Below, in pieces: positions 54,357 to 64,000 of a stretch of 64,000 nucleotides of DNA (position 1 is its first letter; each line of letters opens with the position of its first letter). Under the pieces are notes generated by a model. That model had not been told where the DNA came from. It made no database searches and was given only the letters and a program-made list of their open reading frames with translations. The stretch comes from Nitrospirota bacterium. Its GTDB lineage: Bacteria > Nitrospirota > Nitrospiria > Nitrospirales > Nitrospiraceae. The translations under genes and the position numbers were made by a program. Location: contig CAVPBK010000006.1 of assembly GCA_963701855.1 (NCBI GenBank), forward strand, positions 352,001 through 416,000, given 5' to 3'.

Positions 54357-54830
54357 ATGAACGAACAATATGTTGCAGGAAACGGATTTCAAAAGTACGT
54401 GATTGCTCCCGAAACATATTTCTTTGGAAAGTTGAGCAGATTCGCGACCGTCATGCTGATCGTGACCTTCATGGGCTTGACCATGATCCCGCCAGGCTCG
54501 GCACTGGCTGAAGATCAGCCGTCCGGCTCGGATAGTTCAGACGACACCGGGATAAAAGTAGCAAGCTGGCTGCTCACGATCCCCTATTGTGCCGGCAAGA
54601 GCGCCTTCGCGATCGCAGGCAGTGTCGTCGGTGGCCTGGGATACGCGTTTTCCGGAGGAAACTCAGAAACGGCGCAGTCCATATGGACCAAAACCGTCTA
54701 TGGGACCTACATCCTCCGACCAGCCCATCTCAGAGGCGAGGAACCGATCCACTTCCTCGGAAAATCTGAGGATGGCCCAAGCGAGCACATGAAGCGTGTC
54801 TCTGCGACATCCGACCACGCGAAGAACTGA
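54357..54830 (+). CDS. hypothetical membrane/secreted protein
   Basis: AAGGAGG RBS; hydrophobic segments. Confidence 0.65.
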   Translation: MNEQYVAGNGFQKYVIAPETYFFGKLSRFATVMLIVTFMGLTMIPPGSALAEDQPSGSDSSDDTGIKVASWLLTIPYCAGKSAFAIAGSVVGGLGYAFSGGNSETAQSIWTKTVYGTYILRPAHLRGEEPIHFLGKSEDGPSEHMKRVSATSDHAKN

Positions 54831-55004
54831 GGCGTGTCTCATGAGTACGATGAGCGGGGCGTGTGTTTGGAGGAAAAAATCGAATGAACGAGATGAGTGA
54901 GATCAACTCGACAAGGCACAAAAGCTAGACCGGGAAAAATGGGAAGGTGATTCCTCAAAACTCGAGCACCATGAGACCGTGTCTCGAAACCTTGGAGGGG
55001 TCCA

Positions 55005-55412
55005 ATGAACGCCACGACGTCGTGCAGTTGGGTCGTCACACTCAGCTTCATGAGCATACTACCCGCTGTCGTGGGAATCATGCCAGCACATTCCCAGTCA
55101 GCAGTCGTTCCAGGATCCGGGGGATTGCATCCTGGCAGAAGCCAGGAGACACTCATACCGGCAAAGCCGAGAGGTTCCCATCTTGATGGCGCCATGCGAA
55201 GCAAGCGGCCCTCTGATATACCTGACCAGACACCGCCGCCAAATATGCGGGCACGGGCTCTGGAAGAGCGGCTTCGAAGGGGGCAGATGGAGCGCCCGAT
55301 TGCCCAAGGTGAGGTCAGTGACCGGTTGGAGCAATTGCATCGCGGCTCAGCAGAACACTCAACTGGTGAAACAACCCCCAATCAGTCCGTTCAGATCATT
55401 GAGCCGGATTAG
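55005..55412 (+). CDS. hypothetical secreted protein
   Basis: GGAGG RBS; signal peptide. Confidence 0.55.
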   Translation: MNATTSCSWVVTLSFMSILPAVVGIMPAHSQSAVVPGSGGLHPGRSQETLIPAKPRGSHLDGAMRSKRPSDIPDQTPPPNMRARALEERLRRGQMERPIAQGEVSDRLEQLHRGSAEHSTGETTPNQSVQIIEPD

Positions 55413-55865
55413 GTTATGAGTCCAGACGCGCCTGGATCGATCGAAGATCACTGACAATATCTTAAAGACGCCACCTGTCGGTGCAGGGGCTAGGTCATCG
55501 TTGGAAGTTTGGACGCTTATCAGTAGTCGACCCCCCCTAAGCCATTGAGCTCGTTCGCCTATTCGTCTGGCCCATTAATACGCAAATCAGCGGGCCTTGG
55601 CGCAGAATCACATTGATATAGACAGGGTTACGCTCCCCGCAGGTCGATGAACACACCTGTGATTGATATTGGAGATGCATCCCGCATTACAGTGTGCGGT
55701 GCTCATAGTGGTGTCCAGCGCACGAGCACTCACCCGACCATTCGTTAGCCAGAGAGTTTTTGAACAGTTGGGAGGCTGGTTAAAAAAACCCTTACCTATG
55801 CCTGTTCTCTTTGAGACCTAATCCTTGTGATTCGCCAGGCATTGAATATCGCCGCCAAGAAAAAG

Positions 55866-56006
55866 ATGGATGTGTACGGGCACTTATATGGGAGGGAATA
55901 CCGGCACTTTGTGAGTCGTCTTGATGATGGGAAGGAAGTGGGGGTGCCCGCACCCCCGCCACACCTTGAGATGCTTGTAGTCGGAACAAGCAAGGCAAGC
56001 GATTGA
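55866..56006 (+). pseudogene. tyrosine integrase C-terminal remnant
   Basis: MDVYGHL (catalytic-Tyr-like motif)...V.RLDD; ends 4 bp from the tRNA fragment. Confidence 0.55.
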
Positions 56007-56010
56007 AATA

Positions 56011-56056
56011 TGGAGCCGGCGATCCGGATTGAACGGACGACCTGCGGTTTACGAAA
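56011..56056 (-). other. att site: 3' half of tRNA-Thr(CGT)
   Basis: Minus strand reads TTTCGTAAACCGCAGGTCGTCCGTTCAATCCGGATCGCCGGCTCCA (anticodon loop, T-arm, CCA); the 5' half is absent. Confidence 0.85.
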
Positions 56057-56317
56057 GCGTTGTCACTACCCTACCCCAGCCCACTCAGGCTCATTCAGGC
56101 CAAGTCCAGCCAAGAGTTGCGAAAAAATCGACTTTGGCTGGAGTAGGCCTGAGTGAGCTGGAGTGAGTTGGAGTTGAGCACAAAATGAGCACAATTACGA
56201 TGCCACAACTTAGCGCACGACTAACTTCTGCACCCAGCTGATTAAGCCCCTTGTCCACAATTCCACAATTTAAGCGGGGCACAACACGGAATTAATCAAA
56301 GAGGTCTTCCCCCCTCC

Positions 56318-56839
56318 TTAACTTTTCCTTGGCATCACTGGTGCAATCATTTCGGTCGAATCTTCAAGACGGAAGCTCTCTCTAGCCTTGCAATTCAGCC
56401 CAGAAGTCGCATCGCACTCCAGGTGGAGGGCCACATAGGTGCCGATCATTCTATAAAGGCTAGCATGCCAAGCCCCGATCTTTCCGTCAGGTAAGCTGAA
56501 GCACACACTCCATTTATAGATTCTATGAGCGCCGATGAACTGTACGAGCTTCAGCTTGTAGACCGGGTCAAAGTGGAATATTCCTTCTTCCGTTGTCCGA
56601 GTATCGAGGACCGGGTCATCGCAGGTATCCCCCAGTGACAATGTGACCATCGTGCTCTTCATCGGCTGTCCCTGCTGAATCAGAGTCCCGATTACTTCTG
56701 GGGAATATGGGTCTTGGTAAGGAATCGGGACACAACCAGCCATGAGGGAAGAAAATAGGAGAAGAAGAATCCCTATCGTCAACCTGGTTTGCATAAGGAT
56801 TGAATGGTTCTGCCTTGAATTTCGTTTCTGAAGGGACAC
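56318..56839 (-). CDS. putative lipoprotein
   Basis: MAGC lipobox; start may be ATG MQTRL. Confidence 0.6.
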   Translation of the reverse strand: MSLQKRNSRQNHSILMQTRLTIGILLLLFSSLMAGCVPIPYQDPYSPEVIGTLIQQGQPMKSTMVTLSLGDTCDDPVLDTRTTEEGIFHFDPVYKLKLVQFIGAHRIYKWSVCFSLPDGKIGAWHASLYRMIGTYVALHLECDATSGLNCKARESFRLEDSTEMIAPVMPRKS

Positions 56840-57138
56840 GTAATTCTTTCTGAACCTATCACAGGAGTAAACGCTCGCCTACGAAATGCATCGCTTTTGA
56901 CGCAAAATTAGGGTTCTCGGGCCAAACTCGAATCTTCGAGCCCTAGCTTTTCATACCGTTATCCCCAAAAAAAATGAAGAATCGCAAAGCATTTGCTGAC
57001 AAAGACGGCTGGCTTGGGGGTGTCAAAAACACTGTGAAGAACTATTCGCTATCGCTAGGATATATTTGAGGTTCGGTCGAAGATGTGGATGAGGTCAAAA
57101 AGAACTGATTTAGAGCCCGCCGGATGTCCATCTCATAA

Positions 57139-58086
57139 TCAGAGTATGAACCGCGTACCGACACTATTGGGGACAAACGCTTCCGGCAGTTCCCTGGCAA
57201 GGGCATGGGTGGCCTTCCAGCCAGTGCAATGGGCCGGCACGATCAGGGCCGGATTGAGGGCTTTGAGCGCCGCGATAGTGGGGGGGATCATCGGCTCAAA
57301 GAGCGCCCCTGTCAGATGAAATCCGCCAAGCACGGCATACACCTTCTGGATTCCGGTCAGCTCCTGCGCGTGGCGAATGGTGTTGATGGCCCCTGCGTGC
57401 CCACAGCCGGTGAGAATCACGAGTCCTTTCTCCTTGACATGGATCACCACAGCCTGGTCGTCATGGATCAAGGGGTCTTGCTGCCACTGGTCTGCAATGC
57501 GGGCATAGTGGATAGGGAAGCCCCGCTCGAAGGCTGTCGAACGATGGACTTGCCCCGTCACTAGCACGAATCTCCCCAAGAGGTAGGAGGGCCCTCGCTC
57601 TTCGATTAACTCGATGCCTTCTTGAGACAGGATACGTCGATCAGGAGGGGGAAGATCGAGTTCGTGGCCATCGGGGAAAACAAGCTTTCGTTCGAGAAAC
57701 GCGTCCGGATGCATGAGCAACGGCAGCTTGCGCTTCCCGAGGCGTTCGACGAGCCCCATCAAGCCCTGTGTGTGGTCCGCATGGCCATGGCTCAACACGA
57801 TCGCATGGAGCTCTTGGGGTCGCACCTCCAGCACATCCAGGTTGTGCATGAGCCCGTGCTTGCTCAGTCCCGCGTCGAAGAGCAGGGATTCCGATGTCGT
57901 ATGGCTCCTGACGGTCACCATCGCAGAGAACCCATGCTCGGCAATGAGGGTTTCGCGTGTGATGGCATCAGGAGGGAGAGGGAACCGCGTGGCCTTTGAC
58001 GTGCCGGCCATGAGCAGATCAATGGTGTTGTCCAGAACGGTCAGGATCTCAACTGTATCTGCCTCACTGAGTGGCATCGTGGCCAT
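57139..58086 (-). CDS. metallo-beta-lactamase-fold hydrolase
   Basis: AEHGFS, LFDAG, SHGHADH, TGCGHAG, GGFH and PAHCTG motifs; GGAGGAG RBS. Confidence 0.88.
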   Translation of the reverse strand: MATMPLSEADTVEILTVLDNTIDLLMAGTSKATRFPLPPDAITRETLIAEHGFSAMVTVRSHTTSESLLFDAGLSKHGLMHNLDVLEVRPQELHAIVLSHGHADHTQGLMGLVERLGKRKLPLLMHPDAFLERKLVFPDGHELDLPPPDRRILSQEGIELIEERGPSYLLGRFVLVTGQVHRSTAFERGFPIHYARIADQWQQDPLIHDDQAVVIHVKEKGLVILTGCGHAGAINTIRHAQELTGIQKVYAVLGGFHLTGALFEPMIPPTIAALKALNPALIVPAHCTGWKATHALARELPEAFVPNSVGTRFIL

Positions 58087-58455
58087 CGCCCGACTCCTCC
58101 CCAAAGCCCTCGATAAGAGAGCTACTAGTTCTCGCAAATGCTTCGTTGCATAAGACAGGCCGCGCGATCGTATGAGAACCTTCTCATTTTGGTCAGCCAG
58201 GATTTTTTTGTCACCTACCATGTGAGCGATCGGCCGGCAGGTTAGATTATCCGGGGAACTGGTAGCCTGCCATCAGTTGTTTAATCTTCCCAATTACGTT
58301 TGTTTTTGACCCTTTTGCCTCAGAGTCAGAACCTATTGATTACTCAGGAGGTCGATCACACCGGTCCCATCAAGTTTTTGACACGAGGCAATTGGACCAC
58401 AAGGAACTGTTATTGAACCTTTCCGCTAGCATGAGCTTTTTGCCATTCGTTCCAG

Positions 58456-59874
58456 TTAGCTTCCGTCGAAATAGTGTTCAGAAAACTTCATTTCAGTTCT
58501 TATGAAATGCCTCGCCAGTTCACGTAAAACCGTGGCAGCAACCTGAAGTCTTCCAAGTTTCTCATCGTCATCTGGGTCAATGTTATGGGGGTCACCGGCA
58601 TGTGCCACTGCATTTCGACACAGAACTGTTAAATATTTCTCGACTTTCTTATCACCGCAGTGTTCTTCAAACTTTAGTCTGATCTCTTTACCCAGCTTGT
58701 CTTTGACAGCCTGGTAATTATTTCTAAACCATTTTTCCTTCAACTTTTTATGACGTATCTCAATGATTTTGTAATATGAGAGCACGGCAAAACCTACGAG
58801 AAAGTTCTGCTCTGCGTTTCTTCCCTCTCGGTATATGGCGATAGCCTTTCTTGTATCCGTATCTTCTGGTGTTTTCCTATCAAAACACCAATGGTGGGTA
58901 GTCGCAAATGCTAAATTTCTTTTCGGGACAGCAACAGGAACAGGATTGCCTGACCAGCCATCTTGAACTACTGCGTATTGATCGTTACACCATGCTAGGA
59001 GGCTTAAAAAACGATGAATTACTGTTCTGGCCTGCTCATGTGTCAGCTTATAACGATGAAGGTCTATATGAATAGATGTAGTATGCTCCCTCGTTTTAGG
59101 CATCAACACGAGTTGATACTCATCGAACTCAACCAAGGTTTCTTGCCTAGGCCATGTCACCTGACAATCGACTGCCAAATTTAAAAAGCGAGAGTTTGAC
59201 GTTATGCCCAAATATCTTGCTCTTTGCTGTTTTTCCATTTCGTCATCGGTTTCAGGCTCCTCAGGATATTCAATAGAAGGCAGTGAGGATTCGTACTTTA
59301 GGTCTCTTTCGATGGAAAGGAAGAATGAAGGATAAAAAACTATTTCGTTAATTACTGAAGATGTGATTTTAGAAGGATCATAATCCTTTTCACCACAATC
59401 ACGTAACAGTGAAACGGCATGCTGATCGACGTAGTAAGCTATTTTGTCCTGATCATCCAGCGTGTAATGAATGGCCGCACGACAATGACTATTTGTATAA
59501 ATCTCACTATCCGATACGGATACCTTTACTAGGTGTTTAAGTGCGCCATCCTCGTTTTTTAAAATAGCCTCCAAAGCCCCACCGAACGTTTCTCTCTTTT
59601 TGAGGGAAACCTTTACGCCTCCCACAGGCTTTAGTGCTTTCAATATCAATGCGGTATGCCCGGAAAACCCAACATTAGACGAAACAATGGATAATATGCC
59701 GGATGCAATTTGTGCGTGCGTGAGATGCTGGGAATTCCTTACGCGGCCTATGGGCAAGAGCCCATAGGCGCGCAGGCTTTCAAACCGCTGCGCGATATGT
59801 CCGCTTGGTTGGTTTAAAATACCAAACTTTGATATTTCGCGTTCGATAATGGTTTCAAGTTCTCGCGCGATCAT
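58456..59874 (-). CDS. MauJ/ApeA-like protein with a C-terminal HEPN R-x4-H motif
   Basis: RNAVAH preceded by AIAIYREG...LSYYKIIE helices; visibly AT-rich. Confidence 0.6.
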   Translation of the reverse strand: MIARELETIIEREISKFGILNQPSGHIAQRFESLRAYGLLPIGRVRNSQHLTHAQIASGILSIVSSNVGFSGHTALILKALKPVGGVKVSLKKRETFGGALEAILKNEDGALKHLVKVSVSDSEIYTNSHCRAAIHYTLDDQDKIAYYVDQHAVSLLRDCGEKDYDPSKITSSVINEIVFYPSFFLSIERDLKYESSLPSIEYPEEPETDDEMEKQQRARYLGITSNSRFLNLAVDCQVTWPRQETLVEFDEYQLVLMPKTREHTTSIHIDLHRYKLTHEQARTVIHRFLSLLAWCNDQYAVVQDGWSGNPVPVAVPKRNLAFATTHHWCFDRKTPEDTDTRKAIAIYREGRNAEQNFLVGFAVLSYYKIIEIRHKKLKEKWFRNNYQAVKDKLGKEIRLKFEEHCGDKKVEKYLTVLCRNAVAHAGDPHNIDPDDDEKLGRLQVAATVLRELARHFIRTEMKFSEHYFDGS

Positions 59875-59878
59875 ATGA

Positions 59879-60850
59879 TTAGTTTTGATTGGTCCAGTAC
59901 GATCCCCAAAGTGGCTTCCAGAGACTTTCAGAAACCCTCCGAAGAACAAGCTGGGCCAACACCTCTGGCCCAAACTCCTCTAATACTCGCGTCAAGTCTC
60001 GATGGCGACCTCTCCAGAGTCCGTACTTGATATTGCGATGGCGGAGCGATTCACGGGACAACCACTCCCAGCCTAAGGTCTTCCTCCTCCACCTTCTCTG
60101 TTCTGGTCGACCCTTTTCCAATGTGAAATAGTCCTTGGCTCGAACAGCATCCTGTTGGAGCCAAAATTCATATTCCAAGAGCAAAGATCTAGTCAGTTCG
60201 TCTAGGTCATGGCCTTTGAGTTTCTTGCGACGCCGATAGAATTCACTGGGCTCAACCTCACGCCCTAAGAGAACTGTGGCAAGTTCCGTAGCCAACCGAG
60301 CGGCATGTTTCCTTCGGTCTGTATTTCTTGCCCAGCAATCGACCAGGAACGCAGCCACCCAGGCTCCTTGTGATGTGGGTGGGTGTCCTCTCTTACGCAT
60401 ATGGATCTTTCCCGCTAGTCCTCGTTGCCAACCTCGCTGGTCATGTGCTTTAGCTACAGCTGGAGCCAGGGCCTCGAACAGAAGGTCCGCCAGCTCTTCC
60501 TTTTCGCTTCCGGATACCCATGTCCAGAGGTCATCGAGAATCTCCTGCGTCGGAGTCTGAATAACCCGAAATTGGACCCCACATATCACGATTAGAAACA
60601 AAAGAGACTGGGGGGCCGTCTTCCCGCTCCTCTCAACACTAGTGATCCAACTCTCTAGCTTCTTCGGATTCGCATCGGGGAAGGCGCTGAGGACGCCAGA
60701 GACCAAGGTGTGTGGCTTATCTCCGGCACTGTGTTCGTGTGCAAACAGTGGATGAAGGGAGGATGAAGTGACTGACCCGGCTATACGAGCATTTCTCGCC
60801 GCAGGTGACAAAAATCTATCGTTTTTCCGATTTTGATCCTTTGCCGCCAA
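59879..60850 (-). CDS. hypothetical protein, possible element regulator
   Basis: 323-aa ORF divergent from the replication genes. Confidence 0.5.
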   Translation of the reverse strand: MAAKDQNRKNDRFLSPAARNARIAGSVTSSSLHPLFAHEHSAGDKPHTLVSGVLSAFPDANPKKLESWITSVERSGKTAPQSLLFLIVICGVQFRVIQTPTQEILDDLWTWVSGSEKEELADLLFEALAPAVAKAHDQRGWQRGLAGKIHMRKRGHPPTSQGAWVAAFLVDCWARNTDRRKHAARLATELATVLLGREVEPSEFYRRRKKLKGHDLDELTRSLLLEYEFWLQQDAVRAKDYFTLEKGRPEQRRWRRKTLGWEWLSRESLRHRNIKYGLWRGRHRDLTRVLEEFGPEVLAQLVLRRVSESLWKPLWGSYWTNQN

Positions 60851-60876
60851 CGCCGAATCCCTCTATAGATTGTTGC

Positions 60877-61161
60877 ATGAGCGCAGAAACTACCACTGAA
60901 ACATCTGGGAATCAACACAAGGACCTACGGACGCGCTGTGCGTTCTGCTTGGCAACTATCGACGTGAACCTCGATAAACGCGATCGTCCGTACTGGGTGT
61001 GCGTGTCGTGTCAAACGCGAACTTTCGCCACACGCACAACCCTCGATTCCTTCAAACAAGCGGGCTGGATTTGGAGTGATGAGCCTCCGCTTAAGGCTCT
61101 GCGATCGTGGCTGGATCGGATCATGGTTGAAGCGGGCTTAACGAAAAAGAAGAAGCGATGA
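60877..61161 (+). CDS. small zinc-ribbon protein
   Basis: CAFC...CVSC; ATGA overlap with the primase. Confidence 0.65.
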   Translation: MSAETTTETSGNQHKDLRTRCAFCLATIDVNLDKRDRPYWVCVSCQTRTFATRTTLDSFKQAGWIWSDEPPLKALRSWLDRIMVEAGLTKKKKR

Positions 61162-63872
61162 ACGATAAACTAGCTTCAAGACTGCAAGCGGCACTCACCT
61201 ATGCCAGCAGGGGTTGGCTAGTCTTTCCTTTGCACAGTATACGTGAGGGCGGCTGTTCCTGTGGTCGGCCTGCCTGTGAATCTGCTGGCAAGCACCCACG
61301 CACCCTCCACGGACTCAAGGACGCGACAGTAGGTGAATCTCAGATTCGTGCCTGGTGGAGTACCTGGCCCGATGCCAACGTCGGCATTGTCACGGGTTCG
61401 CGGAGCGGGCTGGTTGTCGTGGATATTGACCCGCGCAATGGCGGAGATGACAGTCTCGCGGACCTGGAGCGAACACAGGGACCCTTCCCGAAAACGGTTG
61501 AGTCGCTCACCGGGGGCGGCGGGCAGCACTTCTACTTTCAGCACCCTGGCGGATCAATCAAATCAAAGCCACTTGCTGAGGGAATCGATATCAAAGCCGA
61601 TGGCGGGTATGTGGTGGCACCTCCCAGCATTCACCGGAGCGGGGAACCGTATCGGTGGGAGGGTGGAGGGCATCCCGAAGACGTGCCTCTTGCGGCACTC
61701 CCAGGTTGGCTATGCGCCAAGATGACTGGAGGGCTCGCGCCTCCTTCACAACCACGAGCGGCTACCTCTTCTGAAAAGATTCAGGCTGGATCCCGCAACA
61801 AGACGTTGGCGAGCTTGGCGGGGGCCATGCGTCGGCAGCATGCCGATGAAGTGACCATCCAGCAAGCACTCCGAGCCCATAACCAACAGTGTTGTGATCC
61901 TCCCCTGCCTGACGCAGAGGTGAACCAAATTGCGGGGAGCATTGCCAAATACCCAGCGGGCGTCAGGACAAATCCGAATGAGGGACAGAACGGATCGGGA
62001 GAGAGTGACAAGCCAGGGAAAATCAGCTGCGCTGATCAGTTGATGCAAGTCTGTGAACAATCCGGTGCGACACTGTTCCACGATCAGTTTCAAGAGGCCT
62101 ATGCCTGGGTGGTGCTGCAAGGCTGCCGTGAGGTCGTGAAGATCCACAGCAAGAAGTTTCGAGAGTGGATCGCCTATCAGCTCTGGCTGAAACAGGAGAA
62201 GGCTCCTGCGAGTGAAGGGCTGCAGAGTGCGATCAATGTCCTGTCGGCTCAGGCCAAATTCACCGGACCAGAGCATCGGCTCTGGAACCGCGTGGCGTGG
62301 CATGAGGGAGCCCTCTGGTATGACCTCGGAAATGCCGCCGTCAGAATGACCTCGGAGGGGTGGGAGATCATCCTGGAACCCCCGCTCTTGTTTCACCGGT
62401 ATGCACATCAACGGCCGCAAGTCAGCCCAATCCCGGGAGGCGATCTGCGGCGCCTCCTGACGTTCGTCAATATCCCTGGGAGCGACACCGGGCAGACTCC
62501 CGCACAGTTGTTGTTTCTCGTGTCGGTCGTGCTGATGGTGGTACCGACAATTCCACATCCGGTCCTCTGTGTGCATGCCGAACAAGGCAGTGGGAAAACC
62601 ACCCTCTTTAAAGTGATTCGCGAGCTGATCGATCCGAGCCTTACTCCCACGCTTGGCCCTCAGGACAGCTTGCGCGAATTTGTGCAGGTCGCATCGCATC
62701 ATTGGGCGATGTTCCTCGACAATCTCACAACGCTGCCGGATTGGTTATCCGACGCGATCTGTCGCTGTGTGACGGGCGAAGGGTTCTCCAAGCGAGAACT
62801 CTTCTCCGATGATGAAGACATCCTTTACAGCTTTCTGCGCTGTGTCGGCCTTAACGGGATCAATTTGGTGCCGTCAAAGCCTGACCTCCTCGATCGAGCT
62901 GTGATTCTCCCTCTCGAACGAATCCCCGACCGACAGCGACGCACGGAACGCGAATTCTGGGAACAGTTCCAGGCTGAGAAACCCCACCTGATCGGGGCAC
63001 TGTGTACAGTCATGAGCCAAGCGATGGCATTGTTCGATCGCGTGCAGGTATCCCACTACCCACGATTGGCGGATTTTGCCCACTGGGGAGCCGCGGTGGC
63101 CCTGGCACTTGGGACCTCGGAACAAGCGTTCTTAGCAGCGTTAACAGTTAACACGATGGCTCAGACCAACGAAGCGTTAGAAGCCAGCCCAGTGGCCCAA
63201 GCACTATTGAAAATGATGGAGGGGCGCTCGTTGTGGGTCGGGACGCCCCAGGAGTTGCTCAAGCAGCTGAACCAAATGGCGGAAGGGGCAGGGGTCGATC
63301 AGAAGAATCGTCTCTGGCCCAAAGATCCCCGCTGGCTATGGCGGCGGATCAAAGAAGTGCGGCCCAACCTGCAGGCGGCAGGTCTTCAGGCCAATCATAG
63401 GCAGATAACGGGGAAGACCACGATCGAGATCACCAGAATAACCCAGGAAAATGATGCTGGTGATCCCGATGAGGGAATTGATCTGTTCGATCGCGCTGAT
63501 CAGACGGAGAACATCCGAGACGGTGAAAGTGATGTGCCTCTGAGTGATCCTCTGGGTAACCCTGCGGAGGACCTTCAGAATTCCGACAACGGGGACATCG
63601 CCAACATTTTCCCCGCTCATTCTGGTGTGGATGCCAGTGGCTGGCCCATCGAGCTGCCGGGAGTGGGTGTAGGAGAACAAGCCGACTTCGACCAGTGCCA
63701 TGTATGCCAGCAAGGGACCTGGCAACGATATGGCGGACTCCCATTCTGTAAGCGTCATGCGCTGCAGGCACTGGCCAGCCAGGGTGGTCCAATAACGTCG
63801 TCCGCGGGTTGTGACGGGATTATTGACGGTGAAGACAGGGGAAACCACACGAAAGGAGAAAACGATTCATGA
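61158..63872 (+). CDS. bifunctional DNA primase/polymerase (Prim-Pol) + PriCT-1 + P-loop helicase
   Basis: GKHP, ANVGIVTG, VVDID, GGGQHFYF, GYVVAPPSIH, GSRNKTLASLAG; Walker A AEQGSGKT, FLDN. Confidence 0.9.
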   Translation: MNDKLASRLQAALTYASRGWLVFPLHSIREGGCSCGRPACESAGKHPRTLHGLKDATVGESQIRAWWSTWPDANVGIVTGSRSGLVVVDIDPRNGGDDSLADLERTQGPFPKTVESLTGGGGQHFYFQHPGGSIKSKPLAEGIDIKADGGYVVAPPSIHRSGEPYRWEGGGHPEDVPLAALPGWLCAKMTGGLAPPSQPRAATSSEKIQAGSRNKTLASLAGAMRRQHADEVTIQQALRAHNQQCCDPPLPDAEVNQIAGSIAKYPAGVRTNPNEGQNGSGESDKPGKISCADQLMQVCEQSGATLFHDQFQEAYAWVVLQGCREVVKIHSKKFREWIAYQLWLKQEKAPASEGLQSAINVLSAQAKFTGPEHRLWNRVAWHEGALWYDLGNAAVRMTSEGWEIILEPPLLFHRYAHQRPQVSPIPGGDLRRLLTFVNIPGSDTGQTPAQLLFLVSVVLMVVPTIPHPVLCVHAEQGSGKTTLFKVIRELIDPSLTPTLGPQDSLREFVQVASHHWAMFLDNLTTLPDWLSDAICRCVTGEGFSKRELFSDDEDILYSFLRCVGLNGINLVPSKPDLLDRAVILPLERIPDRQRRTEREFWEQFQAEKPHLIGALCTVMSQAMALFDRVQVSHYPRLADFAHWGAAVALALGTSEQAFLAALTVNTMAQTNEALEASPVAQALLKMMEGRSLWVGTPQELLKQLNQMAEGAGVDQKNRLWPKDPRWLWRRIKEVRPNLQAAGLQANHRQITGKTTIEITRITQENDAGDPDEGIDLFDRADQTENIRDGESDVPLSDPLGNPAEDLQNSDNGDIANIFPAHSGVDASGWPIELPGVGVGEQADFDQCHVCQQGTWQRYGGLPFCKRHALQALASQGGPITSSAGCDGIIDGEDRGNHTKGENDS

Positions 63873-64000
63873 ACGAACCAAAAGACCACCAACCTCAGAC
63901 AGCTCCCACACCGCCCTTTCCGTGGACGCATGTCCTGATCACGGCCCTAGCGGTGCTCGCAGTGGTGGGCCTGATCATCCTCATCCGAAAGGGAGGAGGC
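63869..64000 (+). CDS. small TM protein, runs off the window edge
   Basis: ATGA overlap, AAGGAG RBS, VLITALAVLAVVGLIILI. Confidence 0.45.
   Translation, partial: MNEPKDHQPQTAPTPPFPWTHVLITALAVLAVVGLIILIRKGGG

Larger units (their letters stand above)
56057..64000. mobile_element. tRNA-integrated element (satellite/IME-like), continues beyond the window
   Basis: Bounded by the tRNA att; AT-richer cargo; primase-polymerase/helicase module. Confidence 0.65.

Noticed and set aside
56011..56090. Intact tRNA-Thr gene
   Set aside because: The 5' acceptor strand, D-arm and 5' anticodon stem are missing.
61746..62702. 318-aa minus-strand ORF
   Set aside because: Antisense to the primase/helicase; no motifs.

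Overview
Accessory, island-like bacterial window. Gene families such as DUF3015 and the small Cys-rich proteins suggest Nitrospira/Nitrospirota (inference). Left to right: (i) 3' end of an arsenic operon (arsM-acr3-pstS-arsC); (ii) a decayed mobile zone with an inactivated IS3-family element and an intact IS110 bridge-recombinase element. The IS110 bridge RNA guides can be read directly and match the terminal inverted repeat of a second IS3 element, into which it has inserted. That second IS3 carries dense, almost purely A:T->C:G substitutions; (iii) two NarL/LuxR regulators, a Crp/Fnr regulator and a four-gene signalling operon headed by a 2201-aa poly-HAMP hybrid kinase; (iv) a large general-stress cluster (CsbD x2, DUF1328, bacterioferritin-like, SOD-like, CBS, OtsA, YtxH, amylo-alpha-1,6-glucosidase, MFS x2, BON, TPR, GT4) with a divergent kinase/NtrC-type activator, several sigma54 promoters and a recurring 14-bp palindrome; (v) an integrase C-terminal remnant abutting a tRNA-Thr(CGT) 3'-half att site, followed by a second integrated element (HEPN-motif protein, primase-polymerase/helicase) that runs off the right edge. 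All calls come from motif reading only; no searches were run.
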